Shown here in pieces: positions 11,126-22,600 of a stretch of DNA of 64,000 nt. The notes below the pieces were generated by a model. The model was given only the letters and a program-made list of their open reading frames with translations, made no database searches and was not told where the DNA came from. The stretch lies in the NCBI GenBank assembly GCA_963813715.1, contig CAWFAK010000017.1, forward strand, positions 736,001 through 800,000, read 5' to 3'. The position numbers and the translations under genes were made by a program. Positions within the stretch are counted from its first letter, which is position 1, and each line of letters opens with the position of its first letter. The stretch is from an uncultured Planctomycetaceae bacterium. Its GTDB lineage: Bacteria > Planctomycetota > Planctomycetia > Planctomycetales > Planctomycetaceae.

Positions 11126-13642
11126 TTAAGTCGTCGCGGCGTCCGCACAGGTCCCGCGTCGGCGCCACCCGGCGATCCCCAAAACGATCGCCCAGGTGCC
11201 CAACAGCAATCCTCCCCCTCCGGCAACCTCGAAGCCGCGACGCACCACTTGCGGATCGTATGTGCAGACGATGGTGTGCTTGCCCGCCGGAACGCGGAAG
11301 CCGCGCAGTGCGACGTCGACCCGGTAAATCGGGCAAGCGGCACCGTCCAGCTCCGCGTGCCAGCCCGGGTCCCAGAGATCGGAGTGCAGCACGAGGCCGG
11401 CCGTTTGCATGTCGACGTCGAGACGTACGCGCGTGGGCGTTTCGTAGTCGACGTGCGCCGTGCCGCGCATGCTTGCGGGCAGTTCCAGCTCGTCCTGCAG
11501 GAAGACCGTTTGCTTGGGGGCAAACTCGAACTTGCCCAGCTCCGCAAGGGCCTCTTCGTCGCTTTTGACGACGCGTGCCGACAGCGGAACGTACGCTCGC
11601 GGTAGCGCGCTCTGGTTTTCCGTCACCCAATAATCGTTTTGATGCAGAAAGATCGGCAGGTCGGCCGGCGGAGCCTCGCGAAAGATCAAGTAACGCACGT
11701 TGAGCAGATCGGCCACGGGATGCAGCTTCAGGGTGTGGCCCATCACCCGGCCGGCCGGGACGGCTGCCAGCGTGCGCGCGTAGGCATAATAAATTGTGCG
11801 ATTACGATCGCAGGCCAACTCGATCAACTTGATGTAGTTACGCGGGTCGACGGCGTCGTACCCGCGGGCGTCGTCCAGGCCGTACATCAAGTTGAGCGAG
11901 GGGGGCAAACAGGCGACGCCCCACACACGATCATGCGGCAATGCGGCCAACTGCTCGAGGATTTGCAGACGCGGAAAATACAGCTCGCGGTCTGCCTGCC
12001 GCCGTTCGTCCCAGGCGAATGCGAAAAGCTCCAAGGGGAGAAAGCCGATCAAGGCAATCCGCGCCCATTTCGCGCGTGGGCCGTCACGAAATGTCGCCAG
12101 CCATCCTCCGAGTGCAACGACGGCAAGCCCAGCCCCGAGCAGGAAATAGCTCGAAAAGGCGTCCATCTTCCGCGTGAGCGTCAAGAGCCGAACGATACAC
12201 CAAATCAGGAAGAACGCAGTCGCGCCCACCGGAATGCCCCACCGCCAGCGAAAAATCGGCGTGCCTGCGCGAAGCGAATCGAGGCCGATCGCGGCCAGGC
12301 TGAGAACCGCGAGCGACGTGGCGAACGTCCAGCGGTTGTACGACAGCGAGAGCAATGGCTGCATCAGCCCGGAGCGCAGAAAGTCGATCAGGCCCGGGAT
12401 CTTCAAGACCCAACCGAGCGAAATCACGATCAGCACCGTGAGAAACACCGTGGGCGAACGCAGACGCCGATTGCACCACGCCAGTGGTGCCAACCACAGA
12501 GCGGCCAGAAGGCCGGCATACGCGCTCGACGAACTTTCGATCAGGCCGGATTTGACCGTCCGCGCCCAGTTGTCCCGCGGGAAACCGCCATAAACATCCG
12601 GTCGAACAATCGGCGGCAACGCCTCGAATCCTTCCGGTGGACGCTCTTCGAGCCCCTTTGCGTGTGAATCCATGCGGATGCCGGTGCGAACATATTCCAT
12701 CAACGGAAGCAGAGCCGGGGCTGCCAGTGCAAAACCCAACATCCAGCCCGCACCGATGGCGACGGCCGAAGCCGCTGCGAGTCGCGAACGTTGCGTGATC
12801 GTTCGTTCGACCAGAAGCCAGACGGCAAACAGGCCAGAGGTCAACAGCACGAGGCCCGCGATCCCCATGTGACCGGCCACCAGGATCAGCGCGGTGGCTG
12901 CGGCCACGGCGAGACCGCCCCAGCCCCGCGGGTTTTTAATGGCGGCATGGATTGCCACGAGCAGCCAGGGAAGCCAGCAGACGGGAACGATCGTCGCAAA
13001 GCCGTGCCAGAGCGTCATGAAGCCGGTGAGCGGAACGCACCAGCTCGCGAGTGCCGCCGGCCAGTACGCGAGCGACAGCCAGCGTCTGAGTAAGGTCCAG
13101 AAGCCCAGGCCGAGAACGAGCAACTGCGACAACGCGATCCAGGCGACGGTGACCGGCGACGGCACAATGACGTAGAGCCACTCAAAAGGCGAGTAGCCCC
13201 AGCCAACAAGCGGCGCTCCGGCGAAATTGTGCGGATTCCAGAGCGGCAGGCGGCCGGCCCGCAGCTCCTTTGCGCAAAACTCGCGCACCTGCGGATAACC
13301 GAAAACCAGGTCCGTCAGCTCGACGCCGTGATGCACGACGACCTTCGGGGAAGCGGAATCGCGCGGCAAGTACACCGATTCATGCGCCAACAAATCGACG
13401 GGGATGTCGACCGTGCGGCCCACCAACGCCGGGCCGAGCAAGAGCAGCTGCGGAATTAGCCACCCGGACCAAAGCAGCATCCAACCCGGCCAGCGATCGG
13501 TCCATCTCACAGGCGCGCGGCCGACTCGGCCGGCATTGCCTCTGCTTCGTTCATACGATCGACGCTTACGCTCTTCCAATTGCGAAACACGGTTCTCGAA
13601 ACGCCGCTGTTTGCTGCGTTGTCTCGCCCCGTCACGGCTCAC
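11126..13642 (-). CDS. YfhO-family polytopic membrane protein (GT-C-like)
   Basis: GRLPLWNPHNFAGAPL, many TMs, GYDA, LLNVRYL, ALPRAY, DLWDPGWHAELDG, VPAGKHTIVCTY; start uncertain. Confidence 0.8.
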   Translation of the reverse strand: MSRDGARQRSKQRRFENRVSQLEERKRRSYERSRGNAGRVGRAPVRWTDRWPGWMLLWSGWLIPQLLLLGPALVGRTVDIPVDLLAHESVYLPRDSASPKVVVHHGVELTDLVFGYPQVREFCAKELRAGRLPLWNPHNFAGAPLVGWGYSPFEWLYVIVPSPVTVAWIALSQLLVLGLGFWTLLRRWLSLAYWPAALASWCVPLTGFMTLWHGFATIVPVCWLPWLLVAIHAAIKNPRGWGGLAVAAATALILVAGHMGIAGLVLLTSGLFAVWLLVERTITQRSRLAAASAVAIGAGWMLGFALAAPALLPLMEYVRTGIRMDSHAKGLEERPPEGFEALPPIVRPDVYGGFPRDNWARTVKSGLIESSSSAYAGLLAALWLAPLAWCNRRLRSPTVFLTVLIVISLGWVLKIPGLIDFLRSGLMQPLLSLSYNRWTFATSLAVLSLAAIGLDSLRAGTPIFRWRWGIPVGATAFFLIWCIVRLLTLTRKMDAFSSYFLLGAGLAVVALGGWLATFRDGPRAKWARIALIGFLPLELFAFAWDERRQADRELYFPRLQILEQLAALPHDRVWGVACLPPSLNLMYGLDDARGYDAVDPRNYIKLIELACDRNRTIYYAYARTLAAVPAGRVMGHTLKLHPVADLLNVRYLIFREAPPADLPIFLHQNDYWVTENQSALPRAYVPLSARVVKSDEEALAELGKFEFAPKQTVFLQDELELPASMRGTAHVDYETPTRVRLDVDMQTAGLVLHSDLWDPGWHAELDGAACPIYRVDVALRGFRVPAGKHTIVCTYDPQVVRRGFEVAGGGGLLLGTWAIVLGIAGWRRRGTCADAATT

Positions 13643-13809
13643 GATTCAAAGGGATCCCCTAGGGTGGCACAAGTTTGTTAAGAAAGCGTTTATAGCGGCT
13701 GAGTCTGCCAACGATCGTTTCGGCCATTCGCTTGATTCACTACTCTCGTAGGGCGGCTTCCCTGCGGCGTCGTGCGACGCAAGCCGCGTATTTTCAGCTT
13801 GGATGACGG

Positions 13810-15778
13810 ATGTCGAAGAAGCGCCAGACGTCTGCGCAGGCCATGGCGGCGGCGGCTCTCCAGCCACTGCCGGGGCCCAACGCCTTATCGGATCGCCGCG
13901 TCTGGCTGCTCAGCGCAATGCTGGTCGCGGCGACGTTGGCGGTCTACCTGCAGGCGGCGCGGTTCAACTTCGTCATGGTCGACGACCCGGTTTATGTGGG
14001 TGACAACGAGCACGTGCGGAAGGGGCTGAGTGTCGGCAATCTAGGTTGGGCGTTCACGACGTTCCATGACGGGAACTGGTTTCCGCTGACCTGGATCTCG
14101 TTGATGCTGGACGCGTCGATCTATGGTTTGTGGCCGGGCGGCTATCACCTCACCAACGTGCTGCTGCACACGGCCAACGTGCTGCTCGTGTTTGCGACTT
14201 TCACCAGGATGACGCGGCAGATGCTGCCCAGCGCGGCCGTCGCCGCTCTTTTTGCGGTCCATCCGCTGCACGTACAGTCGGTCGCCTGGATCGCCGAGCG
14301 GAAAGATGTGCTCAGCATGCTTTTTGGCTTGGGATCGCTTTATGCCTACATCGCATACGCCCAGACTGGAAAGCCATGGCGATTGGTTCTTTCCGTTCTC
14401 TTTTTTCTCTGCAGTCTGTGCTCGAAGCAGACGTTTGTCACACTCCCCTGCGTGTTTCTGCTGCTCGACGTCTGGCCGATGCGCCGTTGGTCGTTCGCCG
14501 GAAACAACTCTTTGAGCGCCGCGGTCAACGCCAGTGATCGACAACAGACGGGCATCCCAAAGCATCCGCCAGAGTCGCCCCGCGCAGGGGGATGCCGGCG
14601 CTCGTCATCGAGAAACTTCCGTTCTTCGTCCTGAGCGCTGCCTTCTGCGTGTTGGCGACGATTGCGCAACGCGCGGCGGCGCCGTGCTGTCGTTCACCGT
14701 GATTCCGCTGGGCACACGAATCTTGAACGCACTGGTGGTTTATCGGCTCTACATTCAAAAGGCCTTTCTGCCGTTCGGACTGGTCGCCTTTTATCCTCAC
14801 CCCGGCTCGCGACTCGGCCTCGGCGATGTCGCCATCTCGGCGGTCTTTTTGCTGTGCGTCACGGTGCTCGCCGTCGTTCAGATGCGGCGACGTCCCTATT
14901 TGCTGGTGGGATGGCTGTGGTATGTGGGAACGCTCGTGCCGATGATCGGCCTGGTGCAGCTCAGCGGGCAGCAAATGGCCGACCGTTACACTTATTTTCC
15001 TCTGCTCGGCTGCTACCTGGCCGTGGTCTGGTTCGCCGCATCGCTGGCGGTGCCGCTGAACTTACCGAAATTCGCGCTGCCGGCGGTGACGGCGGCGGTT
15101 GTCGTCGCATACGGATCGGTGGCAGTCGTCCAGGCGAGCCACTGGCGGGACAGCGTGATCCTGTTTCAACACGCGGTCGCGGTCGGCGAGAAAAATCCCT
15201 ACTCGCTCACGACGCTTGGCTGGGCCCTCGTCAACGAAAAACGATTTGACGAGGCCCTGCCCCCGTTGCGGCAAGCCGTCGAGCTGACGCCCGATTTCGG
15301 TCAGGCTCAATTCCTGCTCGCCTGCGTGCTACAGCGCGACTCGAAGTTCGAAGAAGCGGCTGCCCACTTTCGCGCGGCATTGGCGTCCGACGACAACAAC
15401 GCGGCCGCGCACCTGAATCTGGGCACGATCCTCATGGCCCGCCACGAATATCCGGCAGCCAAGCGCGAGTTCGATCGCGTCGTCGAACTCGACCCCGGCA
15501 ACGCCCGAGTCCAAGCCAGCCTCGCCGAACTCTACCTGCGGCTTCGCCAATTCAACGAGACGATCACGCACGCCCGCCGAGGGCTCGAACTCGATCCGAG
15601 CCAAACGCAGTGCCGGCGCCTGATCGTAATTGCTCTCCGCAGCCAGGGACGATTGGACGAGGCCATCGAACAGGTCCGGCAACTTCTGGCCGTTGCCCCG
15701 GACGACCGCGCCTCACAGCAGGAACTGCAACGGTTATTGGCCCAGCGCTCGGGGAATGCTCACGCGAAAAATCGGTGA
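13810..15778 (+). CDS. TMTC-like membrane protein with C-terminal TPRs (frameshifts about 14580-14680)
   Basis: MVDDPVYV, WFPLTW, HPLHVQSVAWIAERKDVLS, MADRYTY, TPR tail. Confidence 0.82.
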
Positions 15779-16086
15779 GACGCCGCCGCTTGGTCAGCCT
15801 CGGACGGTTGGTGAGTCCTTATACCTGGCTGGCCGCGCGGCGGTAGCCAAGTCGGTCTGATTTTGGGCGGAGTTTCGCGGCCGAAACGAAGATGAGCTCG
15901 AATTTATCTTTGGCCCCAGTCCCGCTGGAACGGCCTAATTTCCCTGGAAATTCGCTTCTCCGGCGACCGCTCGTGCCGCGAGTGGCGGCGCGGGACGCCC
16001 TCGTGGCCGTCCAGTCGGAAGGATGGTCGATGGCTCCGGGCTACAATCGATTTTCCACCTTGCCCCAGCGACGGATCCAGTGACCG

Positions 16087-16772
16087 ATGTCCGGGAGAAT
16101 TCTGCTCGTCGAGGACGACGCCCAGATCGCCGATTTTGTCGTGCGCGGTTTGGGCGAGGAAGGATTCATCGTGGACCATGCGGCCGACGGCAACGAAGGC
16201 TGGCGGCGGCTGAGCGACGGCACCTGGGATGTTGTGCTTCTCGACTGGTGGCTGCCGAGCATCGACGGCTTGAGCCTGCTGCAGCGTTTTCGGCGCAGAA
16301 TCATGAGACGCCCGTCCTATTCCTTACCGCGCGCGATGCGGTGTCCGAACGGGTCGCCGGATTGAACGCTGGAGCCGACGATTACCTTTGCAAACCGTTC
16401 GCGTTTGACGAGCTGCTGGCTCGCGTGCGCGCGATGACGCGTCGACAGGACCGCTTGATCACCTGGCTTTCGTGGGGAGACGTCCGGGTGGACCTGGTCA
16501 CTCGCCGGGCCGAACGCGCCGGCCATCGGCTCAATCTGACCGTGCGGGAAGAGTCGCTCTTGCTCTTTATGATGAAGCATCCGGGCGAGGTCTTGAGCCG
16601 AGTGCGTCTCTATGAGGAAGTTTGGGGCGAAAGTTACGACGGCTTTTCCAACACCTTGGAGGTCCACGTGATGGAGTTGCGAAAGAAACTCGAGGCGTAC
16701 GGCCCGCGGCTGATCCACACGCTGCGCCATCGGGGCTATTGCTTCGGCGACGAAGTCGGATCGCGATCATGA
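16087..16772 (+). CDS. OmpR-family response regulator (frameshift about 16300)
   Basis: RILLVEDD, VVLLDWWLP, LTARD...GADDYLCKPF, wHTH tail. Confidence 0.88.
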
Positions 16773-18290
16773 CGCTGACAACACGGCTGTCGGTGTTCGT
16801 GCTGGCGATGCTGGGCGTCGTGCTGGTCGGATTCTCGCTGGCGGTTTACTGGATCAGCGGACGGTACCTGCACCGACAGGTCGACGAGCGGCTGGACGCC
16901 ATGTTGAGCACGCTCTCGGGTGCGGTCGAAGACACTCCGCGCGGGCTCGAGTGGGAACCCGACCAGCGACTGCGGAATGTCGACGGAGAACCCTTTGGGG
17001 TTTCGGTCGTCTGGTTCGTGGCCGATGCACAAGGCGGCCTCCTGGATCGCTCCCGGCGATCGCAGACGTCCGAATTCATGCAGTTGCGGGCGGCCCATGC
17101 CGCGGACGAGAGTCTTTCGCGGGACTTGTTGGCTGCCCCGTCCGGCGAGTGGCAACTTCGCCAAACTTTGATTCGCGCGACTCATCAACCACCGGCTTCA
17201 ACCGCGACGGGAAATCCCCACAAGACAAAGGGTAAGCGATACTCCGAAGTGGTGATTAACGTTGGCACTTCTCTCGCGCCGCTTCAGGCGACGATGACCC
17301 GATTAGCGATGACGCTCGCCGGCCTGTCCGCGGCGATTCTGCTGGCGGCTCTGGTCGCGGTTCGCCAGGTCTGTCGTCGTGTGCTCAGTCCGGTCCGCCA
17401 CATGGCCCTTGCTGCCTCCGGGATCGGCGCGAGGATCTGGCCCGCCGGCTGCCGACAATCGAGACGAACGACGAACTAGGGCAACTCAATCGGGCCTTCA
17501 ACGGCTTGCTGGATCGTTTGCAGGAGTCGTTTGAGCGACAACGGCGTTTCACCGGCGAGGCCTCGCATCAACTGCGAACGCCGCTGGCCGGAATTCTCGG
17601 GCAAATCGAGGTGGCTCTGCGTCGCGAGCGACCGATCGAAGAGTATCAGCGGGTTTTGGCGACGGTGCACCAGCGGGGTAGTCATCTCAACCAGATTGTC
17701 GAATCGCTGCTGTTTTTGTCGCGTGCCAATGCCGATGCCGCACTGGCTTCGTTGGAAAACCTGTGCCTCAATTCGTGGCTGCCCGAGCGGATCGAATCGT
17801 GGTCGGACCACCAACGGGCCGGAGATATCGTCCTGTGCGTGAACGCGACTCAAAACTGCTGCGTTCGGGCTCAGCCGGCGCTGTTGGGGGAATTGCTCGA
17901 CATTCTGATCGACAACGCGTGCAAATACAGCCCGCCGGGATCGCCCGTTGAGATTGCTCTCGACGGCGACGCCGAGGCAGTGCGAATCGAAATCCAAGAT
18001 CGCGGGTGCGGGATTTCCACTAACGATGTGCCTCATCTCTTCACACCGTTTTTTGCGCGGAGGAGTCTCGCCGACGTGGAATCGAGGGCACCGGCTTAGG
18101 ACTGTCGATCGCCCGCCGCCTCGCCCGCGTCTTTCAGGGAGAGCTGACGGTCGACAGCCATCCGAGTCGCGGCAGCCTATTTGTGCTGAGGCTGCCTGCC
18201 GCACAGCCGTCGCCGGGCAAGGTCCTCTCGCAACTGCCGACGAGCGGGCTCGCCGGATATCAATCGCCGCCTATCCACGCGATCCACTGA
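16769..18290 (+). CDS. HAMP-domain sensor histidine kinase, CusS-like (2 frameshifts)
   Basis: Two TMs, HAMP, RRFTGEASHQLRTPL H-box, LIDNACKYS, DRGCG, GTGLGLSI in a third frame. Confidence 0.85.
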
Positions 18291-18297
18291 AGCGCGC

Positions 18298-19020
18298 ATG
18301 ACTTGCGTCCTGATTATCGAAGATGAACCGACTCTCCGGCGTAATTTGCAGCGCGGGTTGGTGGAAGAGGGCTATCAGGTCATCGCTGCGGCCTCGATTA
18401 AAGAAGTCCGATCGGCGCTGGGCCACGACCCCGACCTCGTCCTGCTCGACCTCGGGCTGCCCGACGGCAACGGGCTCGATTGGCTCCGCGAGTTTCGCAC
18501 CCGAAACAACCGTCAGCCGGTTCTTATCGTGACGGCGCGCGATTCGATCGCCGATCGAGTGCTAGGACTCGACGCGGGCGGAGACGACTACCTGGTGAAG
18601 CCCTTTTCCTTCAACGAGCTCCTGGCCCGGCTGCGGGCTCTGGGCCGACGATCGCTGAGCGCCGTCGCGGTGCTGACCGTCGAGGATCTCGAAGTCGACC
18701 GGCTACGACGCGTGGCCCGGCGCGGCGGTCGGGAATTGGATCTCACGCACCGACAATTTGAGTTGTTGGCCTATTTGATGGAGCACGCGCACGTGCCCGT
18801 TTCGCGGGACATGATCGCCCGCGATGTCTGGCGGGAAACAACGGCGACCTGGACCAACCTCATCGCCGTTCAGATCGCGCAATTGCGCCGCAAGATCGAG
18901 TGCCCCGGCTCACCGACAATTCTTCACACCGTGCGCGGCCAGGGTTACCAGGTGGGCCAGTCTCTCGGCGACGACGCCGGGCCACCGGGTCAGCTGAGAT
19001 CAGACTCCACGCTGGGGTAG
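18298..19020 (+). CDS. second OmpR-family response regulator
   Basis: VLIIEDE, VLLDLGLPDG, GDDYLVKPF, LHTVRGQGY. Confidence 0.9.
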   Translation: MTCVLIIEDEPTLRRNLQRGLVEEGYQVIAAASIKEVRSALGHDPDLVLLDLGLPDGNGLDWLREFRTRNNRQPVLIVTARDSIADRVLGLDAGGDDYLVKPFSFNELLARLRALGRRSLSAVAVLTVEDLEVDRLRRVARRGGRELDLTHRQFELLAYLMEHAHVPVSRDMIARDVWRETTATWTNLIAVQIAQLRRKIECPGSPTILHTVRGQGYQVGQSLGDDAGPPGQLRSDSTLG

Positions 19021-19049
19021 CAGCAAAACGCGGTGTTCCCTTCAAATCG

Positions 19050-19562
19050 TCATCGACTTGCATGGTCGGTCTGCGCGACCGTCGTTGTCGGATTCGACTT
19101 GGGGACCACTGTCACATCGGTTTTCAGCGGGGCATCGAATGACGCGCACAAATCACCGCCGCCGAGGGCTTGATAGGCGTTGACGACGGCCGCGAGCTGC
19201 TCTTTCTTGGTTTCGATCAGGACCATTCTCGCTTCCATCAGGTCGCGCTGCGCCAACAGCACTTCGACATATTCGGTGCGGGCACTCTGAAAGAGCTTGC
19301 TCGCCGTGTCGACCGAGGCTTGGAGCGATTCCAGTTGCTGCCGCTTGATCTCGATGCTCCTGCGGTAGTTCTCCACCTTCGACACGCGGTTGATCACCTC
19401 GGTGAAGGCGGTCAGGATCACGCGCTGGTAGTTGTAGACGGCCTGCAGTTGCTTGGCGTTCGCGGTCAGGTATTCGGCCTGAATCGCCTTCGTGTTGATC
19501 AAGGGCACGACCAAGTTGCCCGCGACATTGCCAATCAGAGATTCCGGAGTCAGGAACAGCAA
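19050..19562 (-). pseudogene. C-terminal fragment of TolC/OprM-family outer membrane efflux protein
   Basis: NYQRVILTAFTEV, YVEVLLAQRD, YQALGGG; no N-terminal two-thirds or signal peptide. Confidence 0.75.
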
Positions 19563-19658
19563 GCGGTTGTGACGAGGCGGAACGACTGAACACCGGTTGA
19601 GCTTACACTGTGACGGATGTCCATCGCTGTTTGGAACTAAGGATGACGCGAGGGCGAT

Positions 19659-22600
19659 TCAAAAATCGTCGCTGCCGACTTTCCAAAGAAAGAGCTGTTT
19701 TTCGCGGAGCCACGCCACACGCTCCTCTCCGCGATGAGTCAGTGACGCAAAGAGCTCTCGCCAAGCCCGTTCGCTAGTGACACGTTGCGAACGGGAGGCG
19801 TGCGGAAGCCGAGCAACCGTGTCGATCGTGCCGACGGGGTCGAGAATGGCTGCGGCGAAGAAGTAGGAAGCGGGATACTCATCGACGCCCTCAGCGACCG
19901 ATTCGTCTCCCGGCGGTCGGAGAACGTGCCGAGCGGTTTCAAGGTCATATCGCGCAAGAATGCGGCGAGGACCGGATCGGACAGCCGCATGCGACCGCCG
20001 TCGCCATAGGGACCCAATGACATCGATACGTTGCCGAAAGTCGTGCTGGACCGGAGCGAAATCGCGCGAAAAAACTCGCGGATTAGCGTCGGGTCGATTT
20101 GCTCGACCAATTCGAGCAAGCCGAAGGCGATGCCGGTTGGCTTTTGCACGACTCGCGATCCCCGATTTCCCGTGTCGACGCATTGCTGCAAGATTTCGTA
20201 GGCTTCCTCGATTAGGCGGCGGGCGGTCGCTCTGTCCTTGGGCGCCACGGCCACGGCCACGCAGCCCAATGCGTAAGCGCGATAGACTGGTTCGGGGGAC
20301 GTTCTGGCCAGGCGTTCTGCACGCGAGGGATCGGCCATTGCCATTTCCTGACAGATTTTCGCCGTCCACAGCCCGGGGATCTCCGCGCAGCGATTCCGAG
20401 ATCCGTTCAGCGGCCTCTGGATTCCTCGCGGCAATCGCTCGGGCGATCGCACCACGGTACCGGTTGTATTCAAGTTCATTCTGAGCGGGCCCCAAGAGGC
20501 CGGTCGTGTCGATGCCCTCGAGAGACGCTTTTTCGATTGCATAACAAGGGCGAACGAACGAGCCGCGTCGTTGGCCGGCCGTGGCGGTTGTGAGCTGGTT
20601 TTCGACGGTGGCCAGCAGCTCGGCCGCGGTCTTCGAGTCGCCAATCCGTCGATAGCACCGGGCGAGAAACAGAAGCGATTCGATGCCCGATGTCCCAGGG
20701 CCGCTGGCCTTCTCGGCACGAAGTTGATCGAGCATCCTATGGCGGCGGGCACCCGAACTGAGCGTTGGCGAGTTGACGGCAAGCTCAGCCAGAGCTCGGT
20801 GAGGGTCATGCATCTGCTCAATCTGCCGCAGTGCCCCGTCGGGATCTGTTGCGGTGAGGTGTTCTGCGACCTGCTCGCGTACGCGATCGCCCAGCCACTT
20901 GGATTTGAAGTGCTGAGAACCGAAGAATTCCAGGGCGCGGCGGATCAAACTGAGCGTACAATTCGGCGAAGTTTTGGTCGCTAAACGCAAACGTGTTGTA
21001 GGACTTGCCCATCAGTGTCCCTTGAGCGGCAAAGAGCTCGAGCAGCTGATCGCGGGTCGGTTGGAAGGGCCCGCCAGGCGGTCCAGGATTTCCTTCGAAG
21101 TCGGCCGATCGACTAAGGGCCGCATAGGCACTGCCGGCTCGCTGCGACGAATCAAAGGGATCCGGACTGACGGGCCTGGCTGGACCCACTGTCCGTGGAA
21201 GCGAAATCCCTTCGCGTCAACAAACAGGAAAGCCCCCTCTTTGGGGAGATTCGCTCGTGAGAATCGTCCCTGATCTGTGGCTTTCTGTTGCGTACGCTGG
21301 GCCATCGACCAGATGACAACGGTTGCATTCGGCACGCCACTGCCGACACTGTCGACAATTGCACCCTCGAGGGTCGCCGTTTCCATATGCGGCAGTTCGC
21401 GAGGGGGGTTTGCCAGTTGGCGCGATTCGATCTGCGGCCGGCCGTTCGGCGGGCTGGTTTGTTCACCAGCAACGAGCACGGGAAACGCGTTCGTCGACGT
21501 CGTGGCCGGCGTGATCCAATCCGTTGCGGCGATCTTCTTGTCGCCGACGAGAACCTGAGCTCGGTAGAGACCCTGCCGGTCAAACATCTTGGTGGAACGA
21601 AAACGCCCCTGTGCATCGGTTGTCGCCTTGTCGACAACGCCTACCTCCTTCAGGTTGGGTCCGGCATCGGATGACATTTCGATCTGCGCGACCGCGTTGG
21701 CGATCGGATGCCGACGTGAGTCGACGACGGTTCCAGATAAATAGACCATGTCCAGTTGCCCGCACGGTCACTTTGAGGGGGGCACCGGGCGGGGAATCGA
21801 GTGTCAGCGGCGGGGCAACTTCCACTCCCCGTCTGCTTGCCGTCAGCTGCAATTCGCGGTTTGGCGGAACGCCCGGGATGCTGAAATTTCCATCGTCGTC
21901 CGACATCGCCCGCTGCCCCACTCGTGTATGCTTCTGGCCCCATGGGGTCTCTGCGGATTCCTCTTCTGTCCAGGTGGCTTCGAGCTGTATCTGGCTTTTT
22001 GGCTTGCCGTCGGCCTCGATCGTTTTGCCCGTGAGAGAATACCCTTTAGTTAAGGGCAAGTCGGGCAGCCTGGCCGACTCGGCATTGCGAATGGTCACGC
22101 GTTGGAAATCGGCCAGGGGCACATAGGGCAATGGCGGAAAAATTCTGAGCGACATCGAGCCGGGAAAGGTGAGGAAGGAATATTCGCCGTTCGCATTGGT
22201 CACGACCGAAACTTCTCCTGCCTCTTTGTTCCATGCGACGACGACGCCCGGGACGGGGCGATTGGTGTTTCGATCGAGCCCCGCCCGCTGACTCGGGTTG
22301 CCTTTCGCAGTGGCACTTCGATCGTCGTTAATTGCCCGGACGCAACGAGCACGTCACGGGTTGGCACGGCGAGCAGCGAAAATCGTTCGCTCTCACGGAC
22401 GTTGACGTTCATCACACCAGCACGAATCGCCGGCACCTCGAATTGTCCCTGTTCATTCGTCCGTGTCGTGAAGAGACCGCACCGCTTGCAATTCTGAGGC
22501 TCGCCTTCGGCTGGACGCGTAGAAATGCGAACTTCCAGGTTCGCCGCCGCGGTCGGTTCGTCCGAAACAATTCTTCCGACTACTTTCCCGACCGCCCCGA

